From Octopus vulgaris (taxonomy: Eukaryota), in NCBI GenBank assembly GCA_951406725.2, contig OX597831.1, positions 33,356,001 through 33,420,000 of the forward strand: DNA of 64,000 nt, written 5' to 3'. Of the stretch, positions 1-11,492 are shown piece after piece. A program made the translations under genes and the position numbers. The notes under the pieces were generated by a model. That model was not told the origin of the DNA and did no database searches. It saw nothing but the letters and a program-made list of their open reading frames with translations. Positions within the stretch are counted from its first letter, which is position 1. Each line of letters begins with the position of its first letter.

Positions 1-1032
1 TCGGGGTTGATAATATAAGTACCAGTAAAACAACTGGGGTTGATGTAATCGACTGGTCTCCTACCCAGCAATTTCAGGCCTTGTGCCTATAGTAGAAAGG
101 ATTATTATGTATTAATCATGGATGATCTTGTTGCTTTAAGATCTCAATGATGTGATTGTATATTTTTAGAATGATATTGTAGGGTAGGTGTGAGAGGCCT
201 GATCTGATCAGTTTGACCATAAAACAAATAGAATATCTTGACCAAATATGGCCTGTCTAAATGCTAGTGAATTAAACTGGCCAAATCTGGCCCAAATATT
301 TTCCCTGTTCTATGTTCAAACAGACCAGATCTAGCTTCTCACACCTACCCTACAATGTCATTGTAAAAATAAACAATCACATCATCGAAATCTCAAAGCT
401 CTGAGATAATGCATGATTAATTCGAAACAATGTGAATAAATAATCATCACATTCGACAGAGTAATCTGAATGTTGAAGGGTTAATCAGGGACCAAGGCAA
501 TGACTTTGAGCTTTTACAGAGCCCCTGAAATGGGTGGGTGGAAGGATATCTGCAAACCAGAAAACTAACCTGAATGTCTCATTATTCAACTGGTGTTGGG
601 AACAAAAATTAACATGGAATTTTGATGAAAAGTTTTAACTTTTATTGACTTTGGCGCTTTTTGTTAGCATATTTCTGTCTAAATTCACAGCCTTTAAAAT
701 TATGAAGAATTTGGCAAAATAACTTTATCCATATTCATCTGGTCTTTCAAACATAGATTAACATGAAATTTTGATGGAAGATTTTAATTTAGGATCACTT
801 TAACCCTTTTGTTACCATATTTCTGTTGAAATATAGAACCTGTGTTTCAATCAATTTTGAAAATTATCAAGAATTTAGTAAAATAATTTTGTTATTATTA
901 TTAAGCTAGTGTTTGGAACATAAATTAACATGTTTACAAAAGGACCAGCTGACTTCAGTGGGATTTGAACCCAAAGCAGATTTTGAAATATTATTTCACA
1001 TAGAAATGTGTGTTTGTGTTTATGTGTATGCA

Positions 1033-1066
<34 letters not shown>

Positions 1067-1441
1067 CGAGCAAAACGCCCCCCCCCCCCGTCCAATGGAC
1101 GGTGCTGAGTTGTCAAACATTTAAACCAAATTTTCTCAAAACAGCTTGTCCGAACATCCCATAGACCTTCCCTTTGAGAAACACTGATTTAACCTAAATT
1201 TGAGACACTAGCAAAAGAAGAAATAAAGATAGACTTTTTTTCTATTCCAAAGAAAAACAATTTCCCACGGCTTTATCAATCGCATTCTCACCTGGAATTG
1301 ATTTTTGTAATTTTTTCAAGACTTATACACGCCCTGATACCGTCGGTATCTACATATCAAATTTGAGCGCAATCGGATGGAGGATGCCCAAGATGCTAGA
1401 AGCCACAAATAGACAGACAGACAGAATGGATTTTATGTAAG

Positions 1442-1442
<1 letters not shown>
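1067..1442 (-). mobile_element. Non-autonomous Helitron-like element (same family as 60778-61152)
   Basis: Reverse-complement similarity to 60778-61152; 5' TC plus AT-rich start, GC-rich 3' end terminating CTCG|T. Confidence 0.65.
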
Positions 1443-1502
<60 letters not shown>

Positions 1503-1693
1503 AGCACCCATTACACTCTCGAAGTGGTTGGAATTAGGAAGGGCATCCAGCCATGCCAAACCAAACTGGAGTTTGGTACAGTCTTCCAGCATGCCAGCCT
1601 AGTCAAACCGTCCAACCCATACCAGCATTAACAACAGACATTAAATGATGATGATGTATGTATATATATATATACGCACATACACCCAAATAC

Positions 1694-1728
<35 letters not shown>

Positions 1729-2369
1729 TATAGTGGTGGTGGTAATGGCATTTCACCACTCTCAATGATTTCCAGACTAAGCAAACAAACCTACACACTT
1801 ATCACAAGGCACCCCAACCATGACCATCTCATCTGCTTGGTTCTCTTGTTCCCAATTTTTTCTGTTGAAATATGCAGCTTTTGTTTCAGTTAATTTTGAA
1901 AATAATGAATTTTTTTTTATATATATACCCAGGCCTATTCCCCATTTTGTTTTTAGGAAGGGGTAGCCTCAGCAAGACATACACCAGGCATTCCATTCAT
2001 TTCCCAGCTCAAAGGGGCAAGCCCCGTTTAATGCTCGGGTCAAGGCATAGAACGCGACCTCCAATAACAGTAGTAGGGCCCGACAGCATATGCTGGTTTA
2101 CCCCCGCCGCATCATACTGGTTCCATACCCCTTTCAGCAACATCAAATTCACTCATCTGTCCACAAATACTCTCAAAGCTTTTCTATCATTTATAAATTT
2201 TCTTGCCTCACTCACTCCAACACTTCTAACCACCAAAGCTTTGGTAACGAATAATTTGATAAAATAACTTTGTCTTATTAAGCTGATGTGCACTTTGACT
2301 GTTTTGTTACCATATCTGAAATACACTGCTTTTGTTTCAAACAATTTTAAGAATAATAAAGAATTTCAA

Positions 2370-2606
2370 TATTTACATTTGACGGATATTTGTCCTCGTC
2401 TTGTTGTTAACACAACGTTTCAGCTGATATACCCTCCAGCCTTCATTGGGTGTCTTGGGGAAATTTCAAACCTGGGTTCTCATTCCTAAGGTATTTTTTG
2501 ATGTTATTATTATCATTATTATTATTATAATTATTCCGATCACTGCCTGGAATCAAACTTAGAATCTTGGGGTTAGTAGCCCATGCTCTTAAACCACTAC
2601 GCCATA
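2370..2606 (-). mobile_element. tRNA-headed SINE with hammerhead-like 3' module (core mutated to CCAATGA)
   Basis: Homologous to 27241-27486, 34845-35062 and 35063-35320. Confidence 0.75.
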
Positions 2607-3562
2607 AATTGGTCATTATTAATCTGGTGTTTGGAACGTTAATTAACATGAAATTTTGATAGATTTTAATTGAGATCACTTTAACCCTTTTGTGGCCATA
2701 TTTCTGTTGAAATATAGAACTTGTGTTTCAATTAATTTTGAAAATTATCAAGAATTTACTTAAAATCATCATCATCGTTCAATGTCCATTTTCCAAGCTG
2801 GCATGGGTTGGACGGTTCGACTGGGAACTGGCAAGCCAGGAGGCTGCACCAGGCTCCAATCTGATCTGGCAAGATTTCTACCACTGGATGCCCTTCCGAA
2901 CGTCAACCATCATGAGAGTGCAGTGGGAGCTTTTTATGTGTCACTGGCACGGGAGCCAGTCAGGGAGCACTGGCATCGACCACGTTCAGATGATGCTTTT
3001 TATGTGCCACTGGAACAGGAGCCAGTCAGGCGGCCCTGGCATCAATCACATTTTGTTATTATTAAGCTGGTGTTTGGAACATTAATTAACATGAGATTTT
3101 GATGGGAGTTTTTAATCAAGTTCCCTGTAAAACAGGATCTTTGTACCATAGAATGAGGGACAATTTCAAGTGGTTTGTTATCAAACGGTTAAGATGATGG
3201 TGGGGGGGGGGGAGTTGATTTGGGAGATATTTGGCTGCTATTTCTGGCAAATTGAGCAACTATACAGAGTTGAGCTCAGACAAGTCAATACCATATGAAT
3301 TAACAGCATAATTTTGAAATCAATACAAACACAAGCAAAGCATTTTCATTGGTTATTAAGGGAGGGTGCTCTTTTATCTTTTTTTTTAGGTGTTTCTTAA
3401 TTGAATATAAGGTGGAATGAAATGAGGTGAGATAATCCCATTTAATTCCACTGTCTGTCGGATTAATCTGGCTGTAAAGGGATAGAGTGAATGAGGCATG
3501 TATCAAATTGATTCAGGGATTTAAACATTATTACTGCTAGCATTAAAAACACACACACATGA

Positions 3563-3631
<69 letters not shown>

Positions 3632-4009
3632 TATATATATACATATACATATATACACATGTATCCAAGACAACGAGCTGGCAGAACTGTGAGCACACTG
3701 GGCAAGATGCTTAGTGACATTTTGTCCGTCTTTACGATAGTTCAAATTCTGCCAATTTGCCATTTCAGGATAAATTAAGTACCAGTTGCGCACAGGGGTT
3801 GATGCTATCACCTTACCCTTCCCCTGAACATTGCTAGCCCCGTGCTAAAATTTGAAACTACAGTTTTGCATTTCATTCTTCCAGAGTTGATAAAAAAAAA
3901 AGGTACCAGTGATGTACTGGAGCCAATGGTTTTGACTGTCAAAATTTGAAACATTTAAGACATTTAAGTAGCCCATCCTGCACAAATGGTCCCTGAAAGG
4001 TTTATTTAA

Positions 4010-4214
4010 CTCTTTCGTTACCAACCCGGCTGAAACCGGCTCTGGCTCTGAGTACAAATGTCTTGTTTTCATAAATTTTGAATTAACTTAGTCACAATCT
4101 ATGTTCTTAATACTAGCTGAATGATAACTAAGTTATTTTACTAAATTCTTTGTTATATTTAAAGTAATTGAAAGAAATACAGAACACCTCAAAATAAATA
4201 CAGTAATGAAAGGG
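4010..4214. mobile_element. piggyBac-type MITE (TTAA-flanked)
   Basis: TTAA|CTCTTTCGTTAC ... GTAATGAAAGGG|TTAA; degenerate relatives at ~560-950, 2230-2760, 42836-43250 and 63420-63520. Confidence 0.65.
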
Positions 4215-4795
4215 TTAAGGGTGATGAACAAAACACCCATGTTTCCAGAGGTGAATTATCCAAACCCCCAAAGAATTCCTCCCAACACATGGCTATGATG
4301 CTCCCCCCACTACTTCTGCTCATGATCAGAGATGTACATATCGTCAACCACTAAGGGACATGCTCAACTGGTTACATTTTACATAAAAATAACAATTTTG
4401 GCACAAGGCCAACAACTTTCGGGGTAGTTGATTATATCACCCCTAGCACTTGAAGGCCATTTTATTTCAACAGTTCTGAAGAGAGGAAAGGCAAGGTTCA
4501 CCAAGGAATTTAAATTGAAAACATAAAGAGCTAGAAGAAAAGCCGTTTTCAAATTTTGGCACAAGGCCAGCAATTTCGGGAGAGGGTTAAATCGATTGCA
4601 TTGATCCCACTGCTCAACTAGTTTTTAATTTATCAGCCTGAAAGGATGAAAGATAAAGTCAACTTGAACGGAATTTGAACTCAGAACGTAAAGACAGACG
4701 AAATGCCACCTGGCATATTGCCTGTATACTGACGATTCTGCCGGCTCTGAGATCAAAGGTAAACAAAAACAAAAAAAGAATGCAATACTGTTACA

Positions 4796-4868
4796 AGCCC
4801 CCAGTGAGGATCGAACTCACGACCCCTGGTTTACAAGACCAGTGCTCTAACCACTGAGCTATGGAGGC
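4796..4868 (-). tRNA. tRNA-Thr(TGT)
   Basis: Minus strand GCCTCCATAGCTCAGTGGTTAGAGCACTGGTCTTGTAAACCAGGGGTCGTGAGTTCGATCCTCACTGGGGGCT: full cloverleaf, A and B boxes, anticodon TGT, oligo-T Pol III terminator ~20 nt downstream. Confidence 0.95.
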
Positions 4869-5810
4869 ATGTAGTTCATCTCGTTTTGAAATGTCAAGTA
4901 ATAACAAACAAGCGCATCAGCTCTCATTCCTGTAATAACAACCGGAAAGAACATACAAGACAGCCACAGAAACACTGAAGAAATGATGAGGTGGTCACAG
5001 CTGGAATGTCTTTGATAATAGGGTCTGTTCGATCAACATACAAATCTTTGCACGATGGCTAACCGAACACTTCCACAGACATCCAGGTACATGGGAGGCA
5101 AATGAAGCGAGAAGGGGTACACAAAACACTAGAATATTTGTGATAAAGCACCCTAGATGTGAAAGGAATTAATAGAGGGTACGCTTGGAGCGGCGACATG
5201 AGATATAACTACAGAATCATGCCCCTCTATTGATTCTGTTTCTTCAGAACTTTCTGGAAATGCTTATTTTTCGCAACGAGAACTTACAGAGATATGTTTG
5301 AATCTCTCGCTATATGTATGTATGGCGACTACATTGACGAGTATTATTTTTTTCTTTTTCAATAAGTTTTAGAACAGTCTCCATACATCCCACTGCAGAC
5401 ATGGTTTCTTGATAACTAATTTAAATAATTTGCAAATGATTATTTTGCAGAAATGTCTGCAAGAATCTAGACCATGTAAGGTTGATATTTCGAATATACG
5501 AATCCGAAGGGGGAAAAAAAGTTAAAGGAAATTCATGGTTACCAAGTCGATGGGGGGTGCAAGAGAAAGGTAGAACAGAACCGAAACACCTCGAAAACTA
5601 TTTGTCATTTTTCTAAATTTTATCAGTATGACTATAATCTTGACTCTCGAAAATATATCTATGCAAAATGCTATTTCAAGATATACATTTTAAAGACAGT
5701 TATCAGGAAACAATGTCGAGAGGCAAGGAAATGATTGATTAAAAATGTTTTAAAAACTCTTTCTTAATGTTATCAGCATAATTGTAATCTACACCCTCAA
5801 AAACGTATGT

Positions 5811-6206
5811 GGCAATCTTTCGTCTCTTGTAGACCTTTCCGTCGATTTCTGTAAAAAAAATTTTTTTTTTTACATATGGGCTTGCGGGAACTTTTGAAGT
5901 AATGAGAGCGAAAGAGACTAAGAGAAAGCGATTGTATGACGAGGGAAATTCTTTTGAAGTTACCGTGCATGGGAAGTATTGATGTACATGTGTGTGTGTT
6001 TGATGGGGTGTGGGAGACAGACAGTATGTTGTGTAAGTGAAGTGCTTCTGTTAGTATGTGTAAAAGAAAGAGATAACTGAAATTTTTTACTCGGTGTATG
6101 TGTATATGTATGTATATTACTTCAAAAGTTCCCGCAAGCCCATATGTAACAAAAAAATTTTTTTACGGAAATCGACGGAAAGGTCTACTAGAGACGAAAG
6201 ATCGCC
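5811..6206 (+). mobile_element. MITE with ~95-bp TIRs and 8-bp TSD (GG-ended, Merlin-like)
   Basis: GGCAATCTTTCGTCTC...GAGACGAAAGATCGCC; TSD ACGTATGT at 5803-5810 and 6207-6214. Confidence 0.88.
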
Positions 6207-7227
6207 ACGTATGTCTGTAAAATTCCATTAGAAAATATGCATTTTTGAGACAGTTACGAGGCACCAAAGTCGTGGGGTACCGAACTGCAGTTATGTCCGA
6301 AATTCTTAATTTCTTAGAATAAAACGCTAAAATGGCATAGTTTTGTGACGATGTATCATCAAAGTAGGTTTTTAGCGATCAAGGAATGATTGATCATTCG
6401 ATAAAACTTACCTGTATATTCCACCAGTGTGTTCCGACGTAATTAGCATAATGACCAAGCTGAAGGGTTATCACTTCCCTCGTTGTTGTCGCCATGCTTT
6501 TAATTAAACAAATTAATTAAACAGCAATATCAAGGGAGATAACTGAGGAAATAGTAACCGACTAAATTTTATTCCGCAGTTGCAGCCTCTACTGTTGTTT
6601 TGTTTAGCCCTAGGTCAAATCTGATCGAGCGATGGAACATATGATCAAAAGCCTTCTAACCGTAACCATCCAGTCTTTGTAGTTGTATATTTAAAACTGC
6701 TTTATCCATTCAATGTGCACTTTTCGTTGTTTACGACGGTAGTGCAGGAGATGAAGAATTTTGGCTGCTATTTCTAACATGTTCGCAAGAAGGTTCTGCC
6801 GTTGGTTCAGAAACCGGTAGACCTACACATAAGTGCACCAACACCGCAAGTCATCAACTTTGTTTCCTCATAACATTTAGAAAAATGGGTCTTTTTTAAT
6901 GAAATTTTTCAGATCCCTTTCGGAGTATATAGATTATGATTATATCCAAACTTAGGTCAAACTAACGGGTTTGACTCGAGAAAAAAAAAACAGAAAAAAA
7001 TAGTGTAATAGGTGTAAAAGAACATGTTATAAACGAATATGAAAAAAAATGCGCGCTGGCGAACGGGGGGTGTGGGAGAGGATTCGGAAAATTCCCATCG
7101 TGAATGTTCCGAGTCGTCTCACCACAGCCAAAAGCACACACACAAGCGAACGAATGAGTCACTCGACCTACATGAAAGAACAACTAAATCTCTTTCAAAT
7201 TACACTCTGGCGTCTTAGGTTAAGAAA

Positions 7228-8041
7228 AATTTCCTGGAAAAGTCCGAGGAGGGGGGTACTTCCTGGAAAGTTCCGTGAAAGGGAGGAGGGAGCTTTCTGG
7301 AAAATTCCGAGCAGCATGAAGGGGACTTCCTGGAAAGCGACGAGGAGGGTGAGATAAAGGGGGATGTCCTGGAAAGCTCCAAGGAGGGGAGGAAGGAGAC
7401 GTCCTGGGAAGTTCCGAAGAGGGGCGAGGAAGGGGAGGGGGACTTCCTGGAAAGTTCGGAGGAGAAAAAGGGGAGAAACGGGAGAATTTCCTCGAAAGTT
7501 CCGAGGATGGAGGGGTGATGGGGAGGAAGGGAACTTTCTGAAAAGTTCCGAGGAGGTGAGATGAATCGAAGGGACGGGAGGAGGACTTCCTGGAAATTTC
7601 CGAGCATGTGGGTGAAGGGGCTTCCTGGAAAGTTCCGGGGAGTACCATTCCTGGGAAGTTCCAAGGAGGAGAAATGAAGAGGAGAGGGACCTCCTGGAAA
7701 GTTCTGAGGAGGGAAGATGAAGGGAAGGAAGACGAGGGAAACAGAGAGACTTCCTGGACAGTTCCGAGGAGGGGGAGGTGAATGGGAGGAAGGGGATATG
7801 GGACATTCTGGAAAAGTCCCAGGAAGGGGAGGAGGGACTTCCTATAAAATCCGAGATGGGGAAGGAGAGAAAAGATTTTCTGGGAAGTTCCAGGGAGTTG
7901 GAGGAGGGAGGTTACTTCCTGGAAAGTTCCGAGGAGGGGAGATGAAGGGGAGAAGGGGTGGGACTTCTTGGGAAGGAGCGTGAGGAATGACTTCTTGGAA
8001 AAGTTCGATGAGGGGGAGGAAGGACTTCTTGGGAAAGTTCC
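7228..8041 (+). repeat. Irregular tandem array, ~21 copies of GGACTTCCTGGAAAGTTCCGAGG separated by purine-rich spacers
   Basis: Directly visible; four more copies in reverse orientation at ~9063-9190. Confidence 0.9.
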
Positions 8042-9792
8042 AATCGCCCCCATCTCGGTCGACGCTTTTTGTAGCCTGTCTGTTGGTTCATTGTCGTCTC
8101 CTGCTTCGATTGATTTGGTTGCTATGGCTACTGACCAACCCTCCTTGGACTCTCTGGACGTCTCTTCACCACAGTTTTCCTGCTGCAAGTTTGAACACCT
8201 GTCTCTGCCTTTTTGTGAAGGAATCATTCTCTGCGATGTTTCTACCGGGTTACTCCGACCCATCATTCCTGAACATCACCGTCGTGCTGTCTTTGAAGTA
8301 CAGCATTCACTGTCACATCCCAGCATTGCGGCCTCAGTAAAGCTTATCTCGTCCAGCTTTTTCTGACCGAATATACGTCAGTCTATTACTGCTTGGTCAC
8401 GTGCCTGTGTACCATGTCAGCTTTCCAAGGTGCATCGTCACGTGCGAGCCCCTCTTGGGCACTTCCAGCCACCGGACACAAGGTTCCGTCGCATACACAT
8501 CGACCTGGTTGGTCCTTGGCCAATCAGTTGCGGATTTACTTATATATTGACCTGCACCGACCGCTTCTCCAGATGGCCTGAAGCCATCCCACTTGTAGAC
8601 ATTTCCGCGGAAAGTCGCCAGAGCACTCATCTCAGAGTGGATATCTTGCTTCGGAGTACCCTCTAGGATTATCACTGATCGTGGACGCTAATTTGAAGGT
8701 TGTCTGTTCCGTGAGCTTTCGAGCTTTCTCGGAGTTCTGCACATCCACACCACAAGTTACCATTCCGACGCGAACAGGATAGTAGAACGGTTCCATCGCC
8801 AGCTTAAAGCCGCTATCCGTGCTGCTCTTGATCCTCATCGTTGGTCTGAGTTTCTCCCCATTGTTCTGCTGGGGTGCCACTCAACTGTTAAGGAGGATTT
8901 AGGCTACTCCTTCAATGATCTCCTGTATGGTACCATTTTGGCACTTCCTGGACAAATGTTGGCGCCGTCGACATACCGAATGCGGATCCTACATCTTACG
9001 TCACACGACCCAGGTCATTCTTTGCTGACCTGCTATCAACTTCCTCCCCATCAACTCCATCACCTCGGAACGTTCCAGGAAGTAACCCTCCTCTCATCCC
9101 ACTCCCCAGAATTTCCCAGGAACTCCCCCCTCGGACTTTTCCAGAAAGTCTTTCCTCCCCTTCCCCTCCTCGGATTTTGTAGAAACGTCTATTTCCCCTA
9201 CAGTACCTCCAGATATTTCTACTCACGTGTTTGAAAGAAATGATGCCGTCAAAGGACCGCTCACACCTTTCTACACTGGTCCCTATCGCGTTCTTAGAAG
9301 CACACCGAAACTGTTCACTGTGGACATATATCGGGAAAATGAAACAGTCTCTATCGACAGAATAAAAAAAAAACCTGTTCTGAAACAGTTATGCCACTTG
9401 CTGACACACCCATCATTCCGCACACACTTCCACCCCCAACTCCACAAGCACCACCTCAACTCATCAAAACACCGACTACACAAACGCATTTTTCACCCTA
9501 TAGGACAGGTTATGGCAGATCGGTTCATTGGCCGAAGAAATTGTCTCAGACTATTTACATTTCGGCGATCTTTCATCTCTAGTAGACCTTTCCGTCGATT
9601 TCCGTAAAAATTTTTTTTTTTTTTACATATGGGCTTGCGGGAACTTTTGAAGTAATATACATACATATACACATACACCGAGTAAAAAATTTCAGTTATC
9701 TCTTTCTTTCACACATTACTCTATCTCTTCACACACACTAACAGAAGCACTTCACTTACACAACATACTGTCTGTCTCCCACACCCTATCAA

Positions 9793-9825
<33 letters not shown>

Positions 9826-10440
9826 TCAATGCTTGCCATGCACGGTAACTTCAAAAGAACTTCCCTCGTCATACAATCGCTTTCTCTTAGTCTCTTTCGC
9901 TCTCATTACTTCAAAAGTTTCCGCAAGCCCATATGTAAAAAAAAAAATTTTTTTACGGAAATCGACGGAAAGGTCTACTAGAGACGAAAGATTGCCTACA
10001 TTTCTTAACTTTGCCTCGCCAGTGATTGATCCGGAGAATAGACTTATGTTTGTTATAGACACCGCATTCATATTTCCTCTCTTTCTGCATCATTGTACAT
10101 ATATACTTTGTTCTGTTTCATCGGACACCTTTCTTTGCTGAACGGTTCTTTCCTTGTACATATTTGCATTGTATTTTTCAATTGTTCTGCCATAGTTCAG
10201 ATTCTGTGTATCACACATTTCGTTCTCTACAAAAACAGACATTCTCCTGCATGTTTCATCCAAGTTGTATTCTTGCATTGTTCACACAACTGTTTTGTCA
10301 TGTTTCACTCTTCTGTGACCTTCTATCGCACGCATACTTCGCCTACCTTCCTTTTGTTCGACCGATCCCGGTCTAAGGAGGTGGGGGTTGTATGCACAGT
10401 TATCTCCCCTGATGGCAAAACGGAGTAGTATCTGTATTTC
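8042..10440 (+). mobile_element. Degenerate Ty3/Gypsy LTR retrotransposon 3' part (integrase, PPT, start of 3' LTR)
   Basis: ILCDVSTGLLRPIIPEHHRRAVF..HSLSHP, CVPCQ zinc finger, IHIDLVGP, LTCTDRFSRWPEAIPL, FGVPSRIITDRG, VERFHRQLK, GPY motif (PFYTGPYRVL...VSIDRIK); stops and frameshifts; purine tract AAGGAGGTGGGGG followed by TGT at ~10376-10392. Confidence 0.9.
9564..9996 (-). mobile_element. Second copy of the 5811-6206 MITE, inserted into the Gypsy remnant
   Basis: Same TIRs, reverse-complement interior; own TSD TACATTTC at 9556-9563 and 9997-10004. Confidence 0.88.
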
Positions 10441-10555
10441 GAAGTGCCAGTTTTGTCATACCCTGTATCACTCTGAATTTCCTTGAGTACTACGTTAAAG
10501 GTATACGTCCCTGTAGAGTTCTCAGCCACTTGCTCGTTAATTTAACGAGCAGACT

Positions 10556-10940
10556 AAAGGCGGCGAACTGGCAGAAACGTTAGCACACCGGGCGAAATGC
10601 TTAGCAGTATTTCGTCTGCCGCTACGTTCTGAGTTTAAATTTCACCGAGGTCGACTTTGCCTTTCATCCTTTCGGGGTCGATTAAATAAGTACCAGTTAC
10701 GCACTGGAGTCGATATAATCGACTTAATCCGTTTGTCTGTCCTTGTTTGTCCTCTCTGTGGGTAGTAAAGAAATAGGTATTTAGTCTATCTTTATGTTCT
10801 GAGTTCAAATTCCGCCGAGGTCGACTTTTCCTTTCATCTTTCGGGGTCGATAAATTAAGTACCAGATGTGTACTGAGGTCGATCTAATCGACTGGCCCCC
10901 TCCCCCAAAATTTCGGGCCTTGTGCCTAGAGTAGAAAAGA
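10556..10940 (+). mobile_element. Dimeric tRNA-derived SINE (Meta-domain-like core)
   Basis: Head GGCGGCGAACTGGCAGAAACGTTAGCA, core GACTTTGCCTTTCATCCTTTCGGGGTCGAT(T/A)AA..AAGTACCAG twice; many copies across the window; Meta-domain assignment is from memory of the core. Confidence 0.7.
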
Positions 10941-11005
10941 TTTTAATGAGTAGCCTGTTTTGTTGACTGGGTCAAGTAAAACCCTCGTCATCGTAACCAA
11001 CGACG

Positions 11006-11044
<39 letters not shown>

Positions 11045-11047
11045 TAC

Positions 11048-11225
11048 AAATGTAATATGTGACAATTATTCGGTAGCCAAGATAAAACTCCGAGTTTCGG
11101 ATGCCGAGGTGGAAATCCATGCATCCCTTCAGATAACTGAAGAGATGGTGGCGTGGATTTCCACCTCGGTATCCGAAACTCGGTGTTTTATCTTGGCTAC
11201 CGAATAATTGTCACATTTTACATTT
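11048..11225. repeat. Palindromic element (~75-bp arms) with hammerhead-ribozyme-like core
   Basis: AATGTAATATGTGACAATTATTCGGTAGCCAAGATAAAAC...GTTTTATCTTGGCTACCGAATAATTGTCACATTTTACATT; CTGAAGA...GAAAC core at 11132-11192. Confidence 0.8.
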
Positions 11226-11475
11226 ACAGATAAATTCCTCTATTTACATAATATCGAGGTCCCTTTCTTTCTTTTGCTATCTTACTGTTTTTATCAATAC
11301 ATACACACACACACACACACACACACGTGTGTGTGTGTGTGTGTGTTATCTACATGTGCAAATACACCGATAGCATGTCTTTTGTTCTACGAAACAACAT
11401 ATTAGTTGAAGACTAATAAAATGCGAAACAACGGCTTTAAATGTCCTTCCATATTTCTGACCGCATGATTTTAAA

Positions 11476-11492
11476 ATGGCGACTCACAGGTG
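11476..11492 (+). CDS. VPS35L: VPS35L exon 1 (MATHR-W)
   Basis: AAAATGG start context, 17 nt then GTAAGT; the split Trp codon joins exon 2 in frame and parallels human MAVFPW. Confidence 0.8.

Noticed and set aside
7228-8041. CRISPR-like appearance (palindromic repeat with variable spacers)
   Set aside because: Eukaryotic context, no cas genes, degenerate repeats, and spacers are low-complexity G/A runs of irregular length.
7195-8266. Long minus-strand ORFs (348, 203 and 149 aa) and short plus-strand ORFs
   Set aside because: Read-through of the stop-poor repeat array and antisense to the integrase; no domain content.
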